A stretch of DNA of 64,000 bases from Amphiscolops sp. MND2022 (GCA_964187785.1 OZ076409.1:75394001-75458000), one strand, 5' to 3'; numbered from the stretch's first letter, positions 10,191-25,540 are shown. Made by a program: numbers and translations. The notes: generated from the sequence alone by a model not told the origin.

Positions 10191-11477
10191 GTGGCCGGAA
10201 ATTTTTTTTTTCAGCAAAATCTTTGCCATTGGGGGAGGGGCCCCGGATGGCCAGTAGTACGGGATAGCTTCCTACCAAATCCAGGCGGAAAAAACGTGAT
10301 TTTGGAAACTAGCCGTCAGAATTTGCTCAAAATTTGCATACGGCTTCCTATGACAATTCTAAGAACTAATCCTTACTGGCATTTTGCCCAAAAAACGCAA
10401 AAAGTTGGTCAAAATCTTAGTTTTTTGGTCAAAAAATGGCGTTTTTTCGAAAAAAAATTTTTTCAGAGACAATTACTCGTAACTGGTTCACCCAGCGCAA
10501 AAACGTCTAGCTGATTTATTGTTGGGCACTTCATGAGGAGTGCGTATACAAATTTTCGTCCAGATCGGAAGAAAAATGACTAAGTATTGGCCGGAATTCG
10601 GACGCATTTTTTCGCAAATTTTTGAAAACCTAGTCTATCTCTGCCGTTTTTTGCCCAGATTTTTTTCCAGGTCCTCTCCTAAAGGCCTCCCCTGGCCGGT
10701 TTACTTCCCAGAAAAACCATTTGGCCCTAAATACGGAGTTTCAGCGTTCTAGCATTCCCGGGCGAAAAGATGTGGGACTTAGAAAAAATTCAAAATTTTT
10801 CAAAAAAAATTTTTTCGTTTTCCGGCCCCCCAATGAAGGGGAACGACCCCCTAACGAGGATTTTTGGTGAATTCACGTGGAAAGGCCTTGTTTTGTGGAG
10901 CAAATTGCCGTTTAGAGCAACTTTTTATCTTAACTTGACGTTGACCTCTGTCGTTTTGAATTTGATATTAGTATGTGTTGAGCATGTGAAAAGTTGATGA
11001 TTCCAGTTGTTCTCTCGTGTTCAAGCCATTGAGATACAAGGGGTAGTGATCAAATTGTGATTTATCGCAATTTGATGGTGCTTTTGGTGTATTTTGATTC
11101 TTTTAAATAAAAAGTTGTTCTTTATATATTTGGTGTATTGATTCAAATGAACAAGAAACAGTTGAGTACATTTCATCTCCCCCCTTGTGGGGGAGATGAG
11201 GATGTACCCGCTAAATGACACGCACAATTGCCCAATTTTATTTTTATGCGACATTTTCTAGGCTTTTGCGCAAGCCCACTAAAATTTAGACTGGTTTCCT
11301 TTTCTTTTGCTCCAAAATTTTCCGTACTAACCACCTTACGCACCACCAGCTCAACGTAACATCTGTAACGTCAACGCCACACACTCTCACTAACGCCCAC
11401 TGTCCGTGGGCATGCCGAGGCATGCCCTTCGACGACGTATGCCAAATAGCGCCACAGGGCGCAAACTTGTCCGCTAG
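10191..11477 (+). repeat. Unit subtype C (second copy 20433-21718; C-headed variants 17880-19159, 41002-42271, 52650-53921)
   Basis: Head GTGGCCGGAAATTTTTTTT...CTTTGCCATTGGGGGAGGGGCCCCGG; tail GCTAAATGACACGCACAAT. Confidence 0.92.
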
Positions 11478-12752
11478 GTGCCGGGATTTCCATTCGATAA
11501 GGAATTCTGCGCGTGTGGGTAGGGCCCCTGGCGCGCTCCTGTGTTTTGGGTTTTCCTACTCTAAATTCACACATCGGTTATCTCGGATCTCGAAAACTAG
11601 CCACACGATTTGGCTGAAATTTGGCACACGTACCCCCCTCGGCACGGTGAAGATGATTTCCTACTGACGTTTTTCCCGCTAAACATTTTTTGTTGACCAA
11701 AATAACGGTTTTAGGGGTAAAATTTTCAACTTTTTTTAAATTTCATCTTATATCTCGCCACGGGTACACGCTAGCGCTTCCAAACCTTGCCGACGAAAGT
11801 TTGCAAACTGTCTCAGGAATGCTGTGTGAAATTTACAGCTCAATCGGACTTAAACTCGAGGAGATATAGCGTTTTTCCGGAGCGGGGGGGTTTCATTTTT
11901 CTAACGGTCCAGCTTATCTTTGCTATTTTTTCAAAAATGCACTCGCCTAAAGGCCTCCCCTGGCCGGTTTTATTCCCAGCAAAACCATTTGGCCCTAAAT
12001 ACGGAGTTTCAGCGTTCCAGCATTCCCGGGCGAAAAGTTGTGGGACTTAGAAAATTTCAAAAATTTTCAAAAATTTTTTTTTCCGTTATTTGGGCCCCCA
12101 AAGTGGGGGAAAAGACCCCCCAACCAGTAAAGCAAGTGAATGCATGTGGAAAGCCCTTAGTTAGATGAGAAAAATGGCGTTTAGAACGTCTTTTTATCTT
12201 GGCTCAACGTTGTCTTATGACGTTTTGAAGGTGACCGTTAGATACGGAAAATTGATGTTTTGAGTCTTTATCCCATCTGAAAGCCACTGAGATACAACAT
12301 GTTTTGCTCAAAACGTAATTCATTGCAGTTTCGCTGTCCATTAACACCATTTGGTGTCTTTTGACGTATTTTTCTTTTCTATAATAACATTTTTTCTGTG
12401 TATTTATTCATTTGTTTTTCATCAAATAACTTGAAACAGTTGAGTACATTCCATCTCCCTTCCCGGGGGAGATGAGAATGTACTCGCTAAAGGCCGCGAA
12501 CTAAGGGCCTATATCTTCCCCAACACAAAAGAGATTGAAAATTGTTTCATTTTGTGGAAAAAATTCTTCTTTTTGTACACTGTGACTCGACAAAGTGAAC
12601 GTTTCTTACCTATTTTGAAACTTCCCTCACCAAAAACCATCTCTAACGTCAGCGCCCCCCTACTTGCATCAACGCCCCCCGTCCGTGGGCATGCCGAGGC
12701 ATGCCCTTCGACGACGTATACCAAGATATACCTGGAGCGCGGTAGCAGCTAG

Positions 12753-14032
12753 GTGGCCGTGTCTTTTCGACGTGCTTTTGCATCGAGGAGTGGGTAGGGC
12801 CCCGCGACGACCTAGAAGAATTGGATGCTCACCGAAACGTGCAGAATTCTACGAGATCTCATAGTTTGAGCCATACGATTTTTCTGAAATTTGGCATGTG
12901 GCCTGGAATTGGTGAGTAGGTAAAACGTGTAGAAGGTAATTTTTCCCAAATTCCACTGTGAGAGGAGATATGGGCAAATAACGGACCCAAAAATGGCAAA
13001 AGTGCACATTTTTCAACTTTGTCAGCCAATATCTCTTTTCCAGGTGCCCGTAGCGTTCCGCACGTGGACATCAATATTGCTCAGCGCTGTTGGAGGAGTG
13101 CGTGGACAAATTTTGGTTGAAATCGGACTTAAACTTGACGAGAAATTAACGGTTTTTTGGGCGTTTCCGGGGTAAATTTTTTAACGGTCCAGCTTATCTT
13201 TGCCATTTTTTCGAAAATGTACATGCCTAAAGGCCTCCCCCTGGCCGAATTTACTCCCAGCAAACCCATTTGGCCCTAAATACGGAGTTTCAGCGTTCCA
13301 GCATTCCGGGGCGGAAAGTTGTGGGACTTGGAAAAATTTCAAATTTTTTTCAAAATTTTTTTCCCGTTTTCCGGGCCCCCAATGAAGGGGAACGACCCCC
13401 CAACCAGTATTTTGAGTGAATTCATGTGGAACGCCCATATTTGGAGGAGAAAAATGCCGTTTAGAACATCTTTTTATCTTAACTTGACATTGACTTATGA
13501 CGTTTTGAATGTGATGTTAGGATATATAAAGCATGTTAAAAGTTGAAGTTTTGAGTCTTTATCTCATCGGAAAACCATTGAGATACAAGCAGTTTTGCTA
13601 AAAACGATTTTCATTGTAGGTTAGCAGAGTATTAGTACACTTTGATGTCATTTGAGTATTTTTTTCTTCTATATAATAACTGTTTTTATGTATTTATTCC
13701 AATTTATCTCATCTTTTAACATCAAGCAGTTGAGTACATTTCATCTCCCTTTCGGGGGAGATGAGAATGTACTCGCTAAAAAACTAATGCTTTGGCGCCA
13801 ATGTTTGGATGGGAAGTTTTCTATGCTTTGAAAAAAGTTATTTTTAATTACTTGATTTTTTAAAACAATAATTAACATGAAGTACATTACTTGCTCCTAC
13901 TACTACCACCATACATCTCTAACGTCAACGCCCCCTGCTTGCATCAACGCCCCATCGTCCGTGGGCATGCCGAGGCATGCCCTTCGACGACGTATGCCAA
14001 ATGCCCAGTGCCACGCAGTCTTTCCCCGCTAG
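12753..14032 (+). repeat. Unit subtype B2 (other copies 26818-28098, 31972-33252, 43560-44841; B2-headed chimera 56461-57739)
   Basis: Same head as B1 but internal GGTGCCCGTAGCGTTCCGCACGTGG and tail GCAGTCTTTCCCCGCTAG; lengths 1280-1282 bp. Confidence 0.93.
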
Positions 14033-15317
14033 GTGCCGGGATTACTATTCGTTCGAGTATGTGGCGCGTGTGGGTAGGGCCCCTGGCGCGCTCTTTTATT
14101 TCGGGTACACCTACTCCAAATTCACGATGTGATTTCGACGATCTCGTAAACTAGCCACACGATTTGGCTGAAATTTGGCACACGTACCCCCCTCGGCACG
14201 GTGAAGATGATTCCCTACTGACGTTTTGCCCGCTAAACATTTTTTGTTGACCAAAATAACGGTTTTTGGGGGAAAATTTTGAACTTTTTTTAAATTTCGT
14301 CTTATATCTCGCCACGGGTTTACGCTAGCGCTTCAAAACCTTGCTAACGAAAGTTTGCAAACTGTCTCAGGAATGCGGTGTGAAAATTTCAGCCCAATCG
14401 GACTTAAACTCGAGGAGATATAGCGTTTTTCCGGAGCGGGGGGGTTTCATTTTTCTAACGGTCCAGCTTATCTTTGCCATTTTTTCGAAAATGCACTCGC
14501 CTAAAGGCCTCCCCTGGCCGGTTTTATTCCCAGCAAAACCATTTGGCCCTAAATACGGAGTTTCAGCGTTCCAGCATTCCCGGGCGAAAAGTTGTGGGAC
14601 TTAGAAAAGTTCAAAAATTTTCAAAAAATTTTTTTTCCGTTTTCCGCCCTCCCCCCCTAAGGGAAAAGACCCCCCAACCAATAATTTGAGTGAATTCATG
14701 TGGAAAGGCCATGTTTAAAGGAGAAAAATGCCGTTTAGAACGTCTTTTTATCTTGGCTCAACGTTGACTTATGACGTTTAGAAGGTGATGTTTGGAGGTG
14801 TAAAGCACGTGAATAGTAAACGTTATGAGTATTTATCTGAACTGAAAGCCATTGAGATGCAATATGGTTTGCTTAAAACGTAATTCATGGCAGTTTGGCA
14901 ATCAATCAAACCCTTTGTTGTCGTTTGACATACTTTTTTGTTGTTATAATAAAAACTTTTGTGTATTTATTCATTTTTTTCTCATCAAATAACTTGAAAC
15001 AGTTGAGTACATTCCATCCCCCCCTTCCGGGGGAGATGAGAATGTACTCGCAAAAAGCACCGAACTACGGCCCTTACCTTCCCGAGCTACGCAGTATAAA
15101 GATTGCATATTGGTTCCGACATTTTCATAGAGTTATATCTTGGTAATCTGTCTGGATATGCAGAAAAACCAGCACGTGCTTTTTTATACCAAGTTGCTCA
15201 CAACGTCATTTATTTTATATCAACGCCCCCATATTTATCAACGCCCCCCGTCCGTGGGCATGCCGAGGCATGCCCTTCGACGACGTATACCAAGATATAC
15301 ATCGGGCGTGTGCCTAG

Positions 15318-16606
15318 GTGCCGGGATTTCTATTCGTTCGAGTATGTGGCGCGTGTGGGTAGGGCCCCTGGCGCGCTCTTGTGTTTGGGGGTTTCCTACT
15401 TCTAAATCACGTTCAGATTTCCGGGATCTCGTAAACTATCCATACGATTTGGCTGAAATTTGGCACACGTACCCCCCTCGGCACGGTGAAGATGATTTCC
15501 TACTGACGTTTTTCCCGCTAAACATTTTTTGTTGACCAAAATAACGGTTTTTGGTGGAAAATTTTTGATTTTTTTTAAATTTTATCTTATATCTCGCCAC
15601 GGGTCCACGCTAGCGCTTCCAAACCTTGCTGACGAAACCTCGCAAACTGTCTCAGGAATGCTGTGTGAAATTTTCAGCTCAATCGGACTTAAACTCGGGG
15701 AGATATAGCGTTTTGCCGGAGCGGGGGGGTTTCATTTTTCTAACGGTCCAGCTTATCTTTGCCATTTTTTCGAAAATGCACTCGCCTAAAGGCCTCCCCT
15801 GGCCGGTTTTACTCCCAAAAAAACCATTTGGCCCTAAATACGGAGTTTCAGCGTTCTAGCATTCCGGGGCGAAAAGTTGTGGTAATTAGTAAATTTCAAA
15901 AATTTTCAAAAATTTTTTTTTCGTTATTTGGGCCCCCAAAGTGGGGGAAAAGACCCCCCAACCAGTAATTTGAGTGAATTCATGTGGAAAGGCCATGTTT
16001 AGCGGCGAAAAATGCTTTTTAGATCGTCTTTTTATTTTAACCTGTTGTTGACTTATGTTGTTTTGAAGGTGATGTTTGGATGTGTGAAGCATGTGAAAAG
16101 GTAATTTTTTGTGTCTTTATCTCTTCTAAAAGCCATTGAGATGCAATCTGTTTTGCTCAAAACGTAATTCAATGCAATTTGGCAGTCAATGAACACAATT
16201 TGGTGTCTTTTGTTATATTTTTCTGTTGATATAATAAAAAATTTTGTGTCTTTATTAATTTTTTTTAAATAAAATAACTTGAAACAGTTGAGTACATTCC
16301 ATCCCCCCCCTTCCGGGGGAGATGGAAATGTACTCGCTAAAAGCCGCGAACAAGAGCCCATACCTTCCTGCGCTACGCAGTATAAAGATTGCATGTTGGT
16401 TCCGACTTTTTGGTAGTGTTATATCTTGGTAATTTGACTGAATAGGGAGAAAAATCAGCAAGTGCTCTTTTATAGCAAATTGCTGACAACGACAATTTTT
16501 TTATATCAACGCCCCCATATTTATCAACGCCCCCCGTCCGTGGGCATGCCGAGGCATGCCCTTCGACGACGTATACCAAAATATGCGTTAGCGCGGTAGC
16601 CGCTAG
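15318..16606 (+). repeat. A-family unit variant (second copy 46115-47404)
   Basis: Shared diagnostic segments CTTCTAAATCACGTTCAG, GCCGCGAACAAGAGCCC and GATGGAAATGTACTC. Confidence 0.9.
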
Positions 16607-19159
16607 GTGCCGGGATTTCTATTCGTTCGAGTATGTGGCGCGTGTGGGTAGGGCCCGTGGCGCGCTCTTTTATTTCGGGTACACCTACTCCAAATTCACG
16701 ATGTGATTTCGACGATCTCGTAAACTAGCCACACGATTTGGCTGACATTTGGCACACGTACCCCCCTCGGCACGGTGAAGATGATTTCCTACTGACGTTT
16801 TTCCCGCTAAACATTTTTTGTTGACCAAAATAACGGTTTTTGGGGTAAAATTTTCAACTTTTTTAAAATTTCATCTTATATCTCGCCGCGCGTACACGCT
16901 AGCGCTTCCAAACCTTGCTGACGAAAGTTTGCAAACTGTCTCAGGAATGCTGTGTGAAATTTTCAGCTCAATCGGACTTAAACTCGAGGAGATATAGCGT
17001 TTTTCCGGAGCGGGGGGGTTTCATTTTTCTAACGGTCCAGCTTATCTTTGCCATTTTTTCGAAAATGCACTCGCCTAAAGGCCTCCCCTGGCCGGTTTTA
17101 CTCCCAAAAAAACCATTTGGCCCTAAATACGGAGTTTCAGCGTTCTAGCATTCTCGGGCGAAAAGTTGTGGGACTTAGAAAATTTCAAAAATTTTCAAAA
17201 AAAAATTTTTTTGTTATTTGGGCCCCCAAAGTGGGGGAAAGGACACCCCAACCATTAATTTGAGTGAATGCATGTGCAAAGCCCTTGTATAGAGGAGAAA
17301 AATGCCGTTTAGAACGTCTTTTTATCTTTACTCAACGTTGACTTATGACGTTTTGAAGGTGACCGTTAGATATGGAAAATTGATGTTTTGAGTTTTTATC
17401 TCATCTGAAAGCCATTGAGATACAACATGTTTTGCTCAAAACGGGTTTCATTGCAGTTTCGCTGTCTATTAACACCCTTTGGTGACTTTTGACATATTTT
17501 TGCTTTTATATAAAACCAATTTTTTGTGCATTTTTTCTTTTTTTTCATCTAATATCTTGAAACAGTTGAGTACATTCCATCTCCCTTCCCGGGGGAGATG
17601 AGAATGTACTCGCTAAAAGCCAAGAACTACGGCCAATACCTTCCCGAGCTATGCACTACAAATATTGCATATGCATGCAGACCTTTTGATACATTTTTAT
17701 CTTTGTAGATTGACTGGAAAAACCGAAAACTCTGTCCTGATTATACAAAGTTTCCTCACAACGACACATGTTTACGTCAACGCCCCATAGTTCTTATCAA
17801 CGCCCCCCGTCCGTGGGCATGCCGAGGCATGCCCTTCGACGACGTGCACCAAAATATATTCGAGCGCGGTAGCCGCTAGGTGGCCGGAAATTTTTTTTTT
17901 CATCAAAATCTTTGCCATTGGGGGAGGGGCCCCGGATGGCCAGTAGTTCGGCTTGGCTACCTGCAAAATCAGGTACAAAAAAACACGATCTCAAAATTGG
18001 CTCGTCAGAAATCGCTCATTTTTTGCATGCGGCCCTAAAATCAATATATAAGAACAAAGTCCTGCTGACGTTTTGCCGAAAAAACATTTTTTGTTGACCA
18101 AAAATAACATTTTTCATGCCAAAATGACCGTTTTTTCACATTTTTCAACTTTGAGAGCTCATATCTCGTTCCCAGGTGCCCGGAGCGGTTCGCACGTGAA
18201 CTGCAATATTGCTCAGCGTTGTTAACAGAGTGCGTGGGCAAATTTTGGTCCAAATCGGACTTAAACTCGGGGAGATATAAACGGATTTTTGGGGGTTTCC
18301 GGGGTAAATTTTTTAACGGTCCAGCTTATCTTTGCCATTTTTTGGAAAATGTACTCGCCTAAAGGCCTCCCCCTGGCCGAATTTACTCCCAGCAAAACCA
18401 TTTGGCCCTAAATACGGAGTTTCAGCGTTCTAGCATTTCCGGGCGAAAAGTTGTGGGACTTAGAAAAAATTCAAAATTTTTCAAATTTTTTTTTATTCGT
18501 TTTCCGGCCCCCCAATGAAGGGGAACGACCCCCCAACTAGGATTTTTGGTGAATCCATGCGAAAAGGTCTTGTTTGGTGGAGAAAAATGCCGTTTAGAGC
18601 GACTTTTTATCTTAACTTGACGTTGACTTATGTCGTTTTGAATTTGATATTAGTATGTGTTGAGCATGTGAAAAGTTGAATATTTCAGTTGTTCTTTCGT
18701 GTTAGCCATTGAGATACAAGCTGTAGTGATCAAATTGTGATTTTTTGCAGTTTCGTGGTGCTTTTGGTATATTTTGATTCTTTTGATAAAAAAGTTGTTC
18801 TTTATATATTGACAATTTTGGTGTATTGATTCAAATGAACATGAAACAGTTGAGTACATTTCATCTCCCTCTTGGGGGAGATGAGAATGTACTCGCTAAA
18901 GTCCTAGTACTATGGCCCATTTTTGTTTTTTTTCAGACGCAGATACTGCCAACCGATACTTTTTGTTGGTGCAACTTTCCTGTGCACAATGTCTTTAGAA
19001 GCTAGAAAACTCTATGTCTCTAGCTTACTTCTCCTACAAATTCGTCACCGACGTCAACGCCACACACTCTCACTAACGCCCACCGTCTGTGGGCATGCCG
19101 AGGCATGCCCTTCGACGACGTATGGCAAATAGCGCCACAGTGCGCCCAATTTTGTCTAG

Positions 19160-20432
19160 GTGGCCGCGTCTTTTGTCGAACTTTAACCATGGAGGCGCGG
19201 GTAGGGTCCTGCGCCGACTTAGTGCCTTTACTATGATACAAAAATAGGTACCTGAGTAAACGATCTCGAAGATGAGCCGTCAGAAATTCCTGAAAATTTG
19301 CATGTGGCCCCCAATTGGCGAGCATATGAAAAGTGTAGGAGGTCATTTTTCCCAAATTCCACTGTGAGACGAGATAAACGCGAAAAATGAGGTAAAAAAT
19401 GGACCTATTTTTGATAAATTTTGCAATATCTCGTTCCAGAGGCATCGGAGGTACCGTATACCTGACGTGGAAAATGCTCGGCATGTGAAGGGGGTTACGT
19501 GGACAAATTTTCGTCCAAATCGGATAAAAATTGACAGAGTAATAACAAATTTTTTTGTGCATTTTGGCGACTTTTTCAGAAAACCCAGTTTATCTCTGCC
19601 GTTTTTTGCCCAGATTTTTTTCTAGAACCTCTCCTAAAGGCCTCCCCTGGCCGGTTTACCTCCCAAAAAAACCATTTGGCCCTAAATACGAAGTTTCAGC
19701 GTTCTAGCATTCCCCAGTGAAAAGTTATGGGACTTAGAACTTTTTCAAAAATTTTCAAAATTTTTCTAAAAAAGTTCAAGCCGCCCAAAGTGAAGAAACT
19801 TCCACACAACTAGTATTGCAAGTGAATGCATGTGGAAAGCCCTGCACTTGACGAGAAAAATGCCGTTTAGAACGTCTTTTTATCTTAACTTGATGTTGAC
19901 TTATGATCTTTTGAGTAGCGTATAACACGTGATCACAGTAGTGAAAATCCTAATTTTCAATAATTTTCAAACAATAACGCATGAAACGAACCTGGAAAAG
20001 GTTCCGATGGGTCAGTTGGGATGTCTGAAGCATGTGTACTTTTCCGTAGTGTATAGCGGATGTATTTGGGACTTATTAGAAATTGTGATATATTTTATAC
20101 AAGTCTTTGTTTCTCTTAGAATCTTATGCAGTTGAGTACATTCCATCTCCCTCTCAGGGGAGATGTGAATGTACGTTTGCCAAACGCCTTGTAAAGCTCA
20201 CAAATTAGATGGATTCAAATAACTAAACAAGTGTGATTTGCGTTTGCCGAACCACTGCGACAAAATATCCTAAATCTATAGCGAGATTGTATGGTTTTTG
20301 TATTTAGTGTTTCGTCTTGTGTAGCCGACTTCCACATCCAAATATCAACGCCCGCCGTCCGTAGGCATGCCGAGGCATGCCTTTCGACGACGTATGCCAA
20401 ATACCCAATGCCACATAGTCTTTTCCCGCTAG
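19160..20432 (+). repeat. Divergent single-copy unit (subtype D)
   Basis: Head GTGGCCGCGTCTTTTGTCG. Retains central block, bulged hairpin and a dyad variant AGGCATGCCGAGGCATGCCT; 1273 bp. Confidence 0.9.
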
Positions 20433-23400
20433 GTGGCCGGAAATTTTTTTTTCATCAAAATCTTTGCCATTGGGGGAGGGGCCCCGGATGGCCAGTAGTA
20501 CGGGATAGCTTCCTACCAAATCCAGGCGGAAAAAACGTGATTTTGGAAACTAGCCGTCAGAAGTTGCTCAAATTTTGCATACGGTTTCCTATGACAATCC
20601 TAAGAACTAATCCCTACTGGCATTTTGCCCGAAAAACGCAAAAAGTTGGTCAAAATCTTAGTTTTTTGGTCAAAAAATGGCGTTTTTTCGAAAAAAAAAT
20701 TTTTTAGAGACAATTACTCGTAACTGGTTCACCCAGCGCAAAAACGCCTAGCTGATTTATTGTTGGGCACTTCATGAGGAGTGCGTATACAAATTTTCGT
20801 CCAGATCGGAGGAAAAATGACTAAGTATTGGCCGGAATTCGGACGCATTTTTTCGCAAATTTTTGAAAACCTAGTCTATCTCTGCCGTTTTTTGCCCAGA
20901 TTTTTTTCCAGGTCCTCTCCTAAAGGCCTCCCCTGGCCGGTTTACTTCCCAGAAAAACCATTTGGCCCTAAATACGGAGTTTCAGCGTTCTAGCATTCCC
21001 GGGCGAAAATATGTGGGACTTAGAAAAAATTCAAAATTTTTCAAAAATTTTTTTTTTCGTTTTCCGGCCCCCCAATGAAGGGGAACGACCCCCCAACGAG
21101 GATTTTTGGTGAATTCACGTGGAAATGCCTTGTTTTGTGGAGCAAATTGCCGTTTAGAGCAACTTTTTATCTTAACTTGACGTTGACCTCTGTCGTTTTG
21201 AATTTGATATTAGTATGTGTTGAGCATGTGAAAAGTTGATGATTTCAGTTGTTCTCTCGTGTTCAAGCCATTGAGATACAAGGGGTAGTGATCAAAATGT
21301 GATTTATCGCAATTTGATGGTGCTTTTGGTGTATTTTGATTCTTTTAAATAAAAAGTTGTTCTTTATATATTTGGTGTATTGATTCAAATGAACAAGAAA
21401 CAGTTGAGTACATTTCATCTCCCCCCTTGTGGGGGAGATGAGGATGTACCCGCTAAATGACACGCACAATGGCCCAATTTTATTTTTATGCGACATTTTC
21501 TAGGCTTTTGCTCAAGCCCACTAAAATTTAGACTGGTTTCCTTTTCTTTTACTCCAAAATTTTCCGTACTAACCACCTTACGCACCACCAGCTCAACGTA
21601 ACATCTGTAACGTCAACGCCACACACTCTCACTAACGCCCACCGTCTGTGGGCATGCCGAGGCATGCCCTTCGACGACGTATGGCAAATAGCGCCACAGG
21701 GCGCCCAATTTTGTCTAGGTGCCGGGATTTCCATTCGATAAGGAATTCTGCGCGTGTGGGTAGGGCCCCTGGCGCGCTCCTGTGTTTTCGGTTTTCCTAC
21801 TCCAAATTCACACATCGGTTATCTCGGATCTCGAAAACTAGCCACACGATTTGGCTGAAATTTGGCACACGTACCCCCCTCGGCACGGTGAAGATGATTC
21901 CCTACTGACGTTTTTCCCGCTAAACATTTTTTGTTGACCAAAATAACGGTTTTTGGGGTAAAATTTTCAACTTTTTTTAAATTTCATCTTATATCTCGCC
22001 ACGGGTACACGCTAGCGCTTCCAAACCTTGCTGACGAAACCTTGCAAACTGTCTCAGGAATGCTGTGTGAAATTTTCAGCTCAATCGGACTTAAACTCGA
22101 GGAGATATAGCGTTTTTCCGGAGCGGGGGGGTTTCATTTTTCTAACGGTCCAGCTTACCTTTGCCATTTTTTCGAAAATGCACTCGCCTAAAGGCCTCCC
22201 CTGGCCGGTTTTATTCCCAGCAAAACCATTTGGCCCTAAATACGGAGTTTCAGCGTTCTAGCATTCCCGGGCGAAAAGTTGTGGGACTTAGAAAATTTCA
22301 AAAATTTTCCAAAAATTTTTTTTCCGTTATTTGTGCCCCCAAAGTGGGGGAAAGCACCCTCCAACCAGTAAAGCAAGTGAATGCATGTGCAAAGCCCTTG
22401 TTTAGAGGAGAAAAATGCCGTTTAGAACGTCTTTTTATCTTGGCTCAACGTTGACTTATGACGTTTTGAAGGTGATGTTTGGAGGTGTAAAGCACGTGAA
22501 TAGTAAACGTTATGAGTATTTATCTGATCTGAAAGCCATTGAGATGCAATATGGTTTGCTCAAAACGTAATTCATTGCAGTTTGGCAATCAATCAACACC
22601 CTTTGTTGTCGTTTGACATACTTTTTTGTTGTTATAATAAAAATTTTGTGTATTTGTTCATTTTTTTCTCATCAAATAACTTGAAACAGTTGAGTACATT
22701 CCATCCCCCCTTCCGGGGGAGATGAGAATGTACTCGCAAAAAGCCCCAAACTACGGCCCTTACCTTCCTGAGCTACGCAGTATAAAGATTGCATATTGGT
22801 TCCGACATTTTGATAGAGTTATATCTTGGTAATCTGTCTGGATATGCAGAAAAACCAGCACGTGCTTTTTTATACCAAGTTGCTCACAACGACATTTATT
22901 TTATATCAACGCCCCCATGTTTATCAACGCCCCCCGTCCGTGGGCATGCCGAGGCATGCCCTTCGACGACGTATACCAAGATATGCGTTAACGCGTTAGC
23001 CTAGGTGCCGGGATTTTCTATTCGACAAGTTTGCGCGCCTTGGGGAGGGTCCCTTTGCGCGCTTTAAGATCCAGGTGTTTCCAACTCCTAAACGGGCATG
23101 TGATTTCGACGATCTCCTAAACTAGCCATACGATTTGGCTGAAATTTGGCACACGTACCCCCCTCGGCACGGTGAAGATGATTCCCTACTGACGTTTTTC
23201 CCGCTAAACATTTTTTGTTGACCAAAATAACGGTTTTTGGGGTAAATTTTTGAACTTTTTTTATATTTCATCTTATATCTCGCCACGAGTACACGCTAGC
23301 GCTTCCAAACCTTGCTGACGAAACCTTGCAAACTGTCTCAGGAATGCGGTGTGAAATTTTCAGCTCAATCGGACTCAAACTCGAGGAGATATAGCGTTTT

Positions 23401-24275
23401 TCCGGAGCGGGGGGGTTTCATTTTTCTAACGGTCCAGCTTATCTTTGCCATTTTTTCGAAAATGCACTCGCCTAAAGGCCTCCCCTGGCCGGTTTTATTC
23501 CCAACAAAACCATTTGGCCCTAAATACGGAGTTTCAGCGTTCCAGCATTCCCGGGCGAAAAGTTGTGGGACTTAGAAAAGTTCAAAAATTTTCAAAAAAA
23601 ATTTTTTCCGTTATTTGGGCCCTCAAAGTGGGGGAAAAGACCCCCCAACCAGTAAAGCAAGTGAATGCATGTGGAAAGCCCTTGTTTAGACGAGAAAAAT
23701 GCCGTTTAGAACGTCTTTTTATCTTAACTTGACATTGACTTTTGTCGTTTTGAAGGTGACCGTTAGATACGGAAAATTGATGTTTTGAGTATTTATCCCA
23801 TCTGAAAGCCATTGAGATACAACATGTTTTGCTCAAAACGTGTTTCATTGCAGGTTCGCTGTCCATTATCACCCTTTGGTGTCTTTTCACGTAATTTTCG
23901 TTTCTATAATAACAATTTTTTGTGTATTTGTTCATTTATTTCTCATCAAATAACTTGAAACAGTTGAGTACATTCCATCTCCCTTCCCGGGGGAGATGAG
24001 AATGTACTCGCTAAAGGTCAGGAACTACGGTCTATATCTTCCACAACACAAAAGGGATTGCAAATGGTTTCAGTTTGTCGCAGAAAACTTCTTTTTGCCC
24101 TCTGTGACTCGACAAAATGAACGTTTCTTACTTACTTTGAAACTCAGCATACCACAACTCATCTCTAACGTCAGCGCCCCCCTACTTGCATCAACGCCCA
24201 CCGTCCGTGGGCATGCCGAGGCATGCCCTTCGACGACGTATGCCCAAGATATACCCCGAGCGCGGTAGCCGCTAG

Positions 24276-25540
24276 GTGCCGGGATTTCTATTCGATAAGG
24301 AATTTTGCGCGGTTGGGTAGGGCCCCGTGAGCGCGCCAGGGGATAGTGTTAGAACAACAAGGATTTGGGCATCAGTTGGGAGCGATTTTCTAAACTATCC
24401 GTACGATTTGGCTGAAATTTGGCATGAAGCTTCCTTGGAACATTCTAAGAACAAATCCCTACTGGCGTTTTGCCGGGAAAAATCGAAATGTTGGTCAAAA
24501 ATGCAATTTTCCGACCAAATTTTCGGGTAAAATTTTTTTGAAACGTTATATCTCGCCACAGGGTTACGCTAGCGCCTCGCAACCTATGATCGGGTTTTGT
24601 AGGGCGTTGTCTGTAGAACACGTATGCCAAATTTGGTGGCGATCGGACTTAAACTCAGGGAGATATAACGATTTTTTAGGTGCATTTTTTGACATTTTTT
24701 GCGTTTGCCGATTTATCTCTGCCGTTTTTTGCCCAGATTTTTTTTGAGACCCTCTCCTAAAGACCTCCCCTGGCCGGTTTACCTCCCAGCAAAACCATTT
24801 GGCCCTAAATACGAAGTTTCAGCGTTCTAGCATTCCCGGGCGAAAAGTTGTGGGACTTAGAAAATTTTTTTGGAAACGCAAAATGTGTAAAGTCAACTTC
24901 TGGCCTCCCAAAGTCAAGGAACTTCCACACAACTAGTATTGCAAGTGAATGCATGTGGAAAGTACTTGAATAGACGAGGAAAATGAGCTGTAGAACGTCT
25001 CTCTAGCTTAACCTGACGTTGACTTATGACCTTTTGAGTGTGAGCTTGCTATGCGAGAAAAAATGCAAAACATGAAAATGGAAGCAAAGTATCGTCGAAA
25101 ACCCATCATAAGATGTTCAACTCATCCTAGAGCGGTTTATTTACAGTTGTTTAGTAGAGCAACACCATTCATGATCATGTGACCCATTTTTATGGGGAAT
25201 GAGATTGTCTTATTCATCCGATAGCCCAAAGCAGTTGAGTACATTCCATCTCACCTCCGTGTGAGATGAGAATGTACTAGCTAAAGTCCAGGTACTACAG
25301 CCCATATTGGTTTTATGCGACGCGCTGTATGCAAATGAGCATACTTGAAATTTTTTTAGCTGATATTTTTTTAAACTGCACTTTGACTCGGACCTGACAT
25401 ACTGAATATTTAGTCCTTATAACATACACATAATTAACGTCAACGCCCCATCCTTGCATCAACGCCCACCGTCCGTGGGCATGCCGAGGCATGCCCTTCG
25501 ACGACGCGCACCAAAATATTCTCCGAGCGCGTTAGCCTAG
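24276..25540 (+). repeat. Divergent unit subtype E (head reused at 47405-48714)
   Basis: Head ...GCGCGCCAGGGGATAGTGTTAGAAC; hairpin variant CATCTCAC/GTGAGATG. Confidence 0.88.

Noticed and set aside
19811..19819. CRESS-virus nonanucleotide-like TAGTATTGC
   Set aside because: Mismatch to TAGTATTAC, not at the apex of a tight stem, and present in only a few subtypes.
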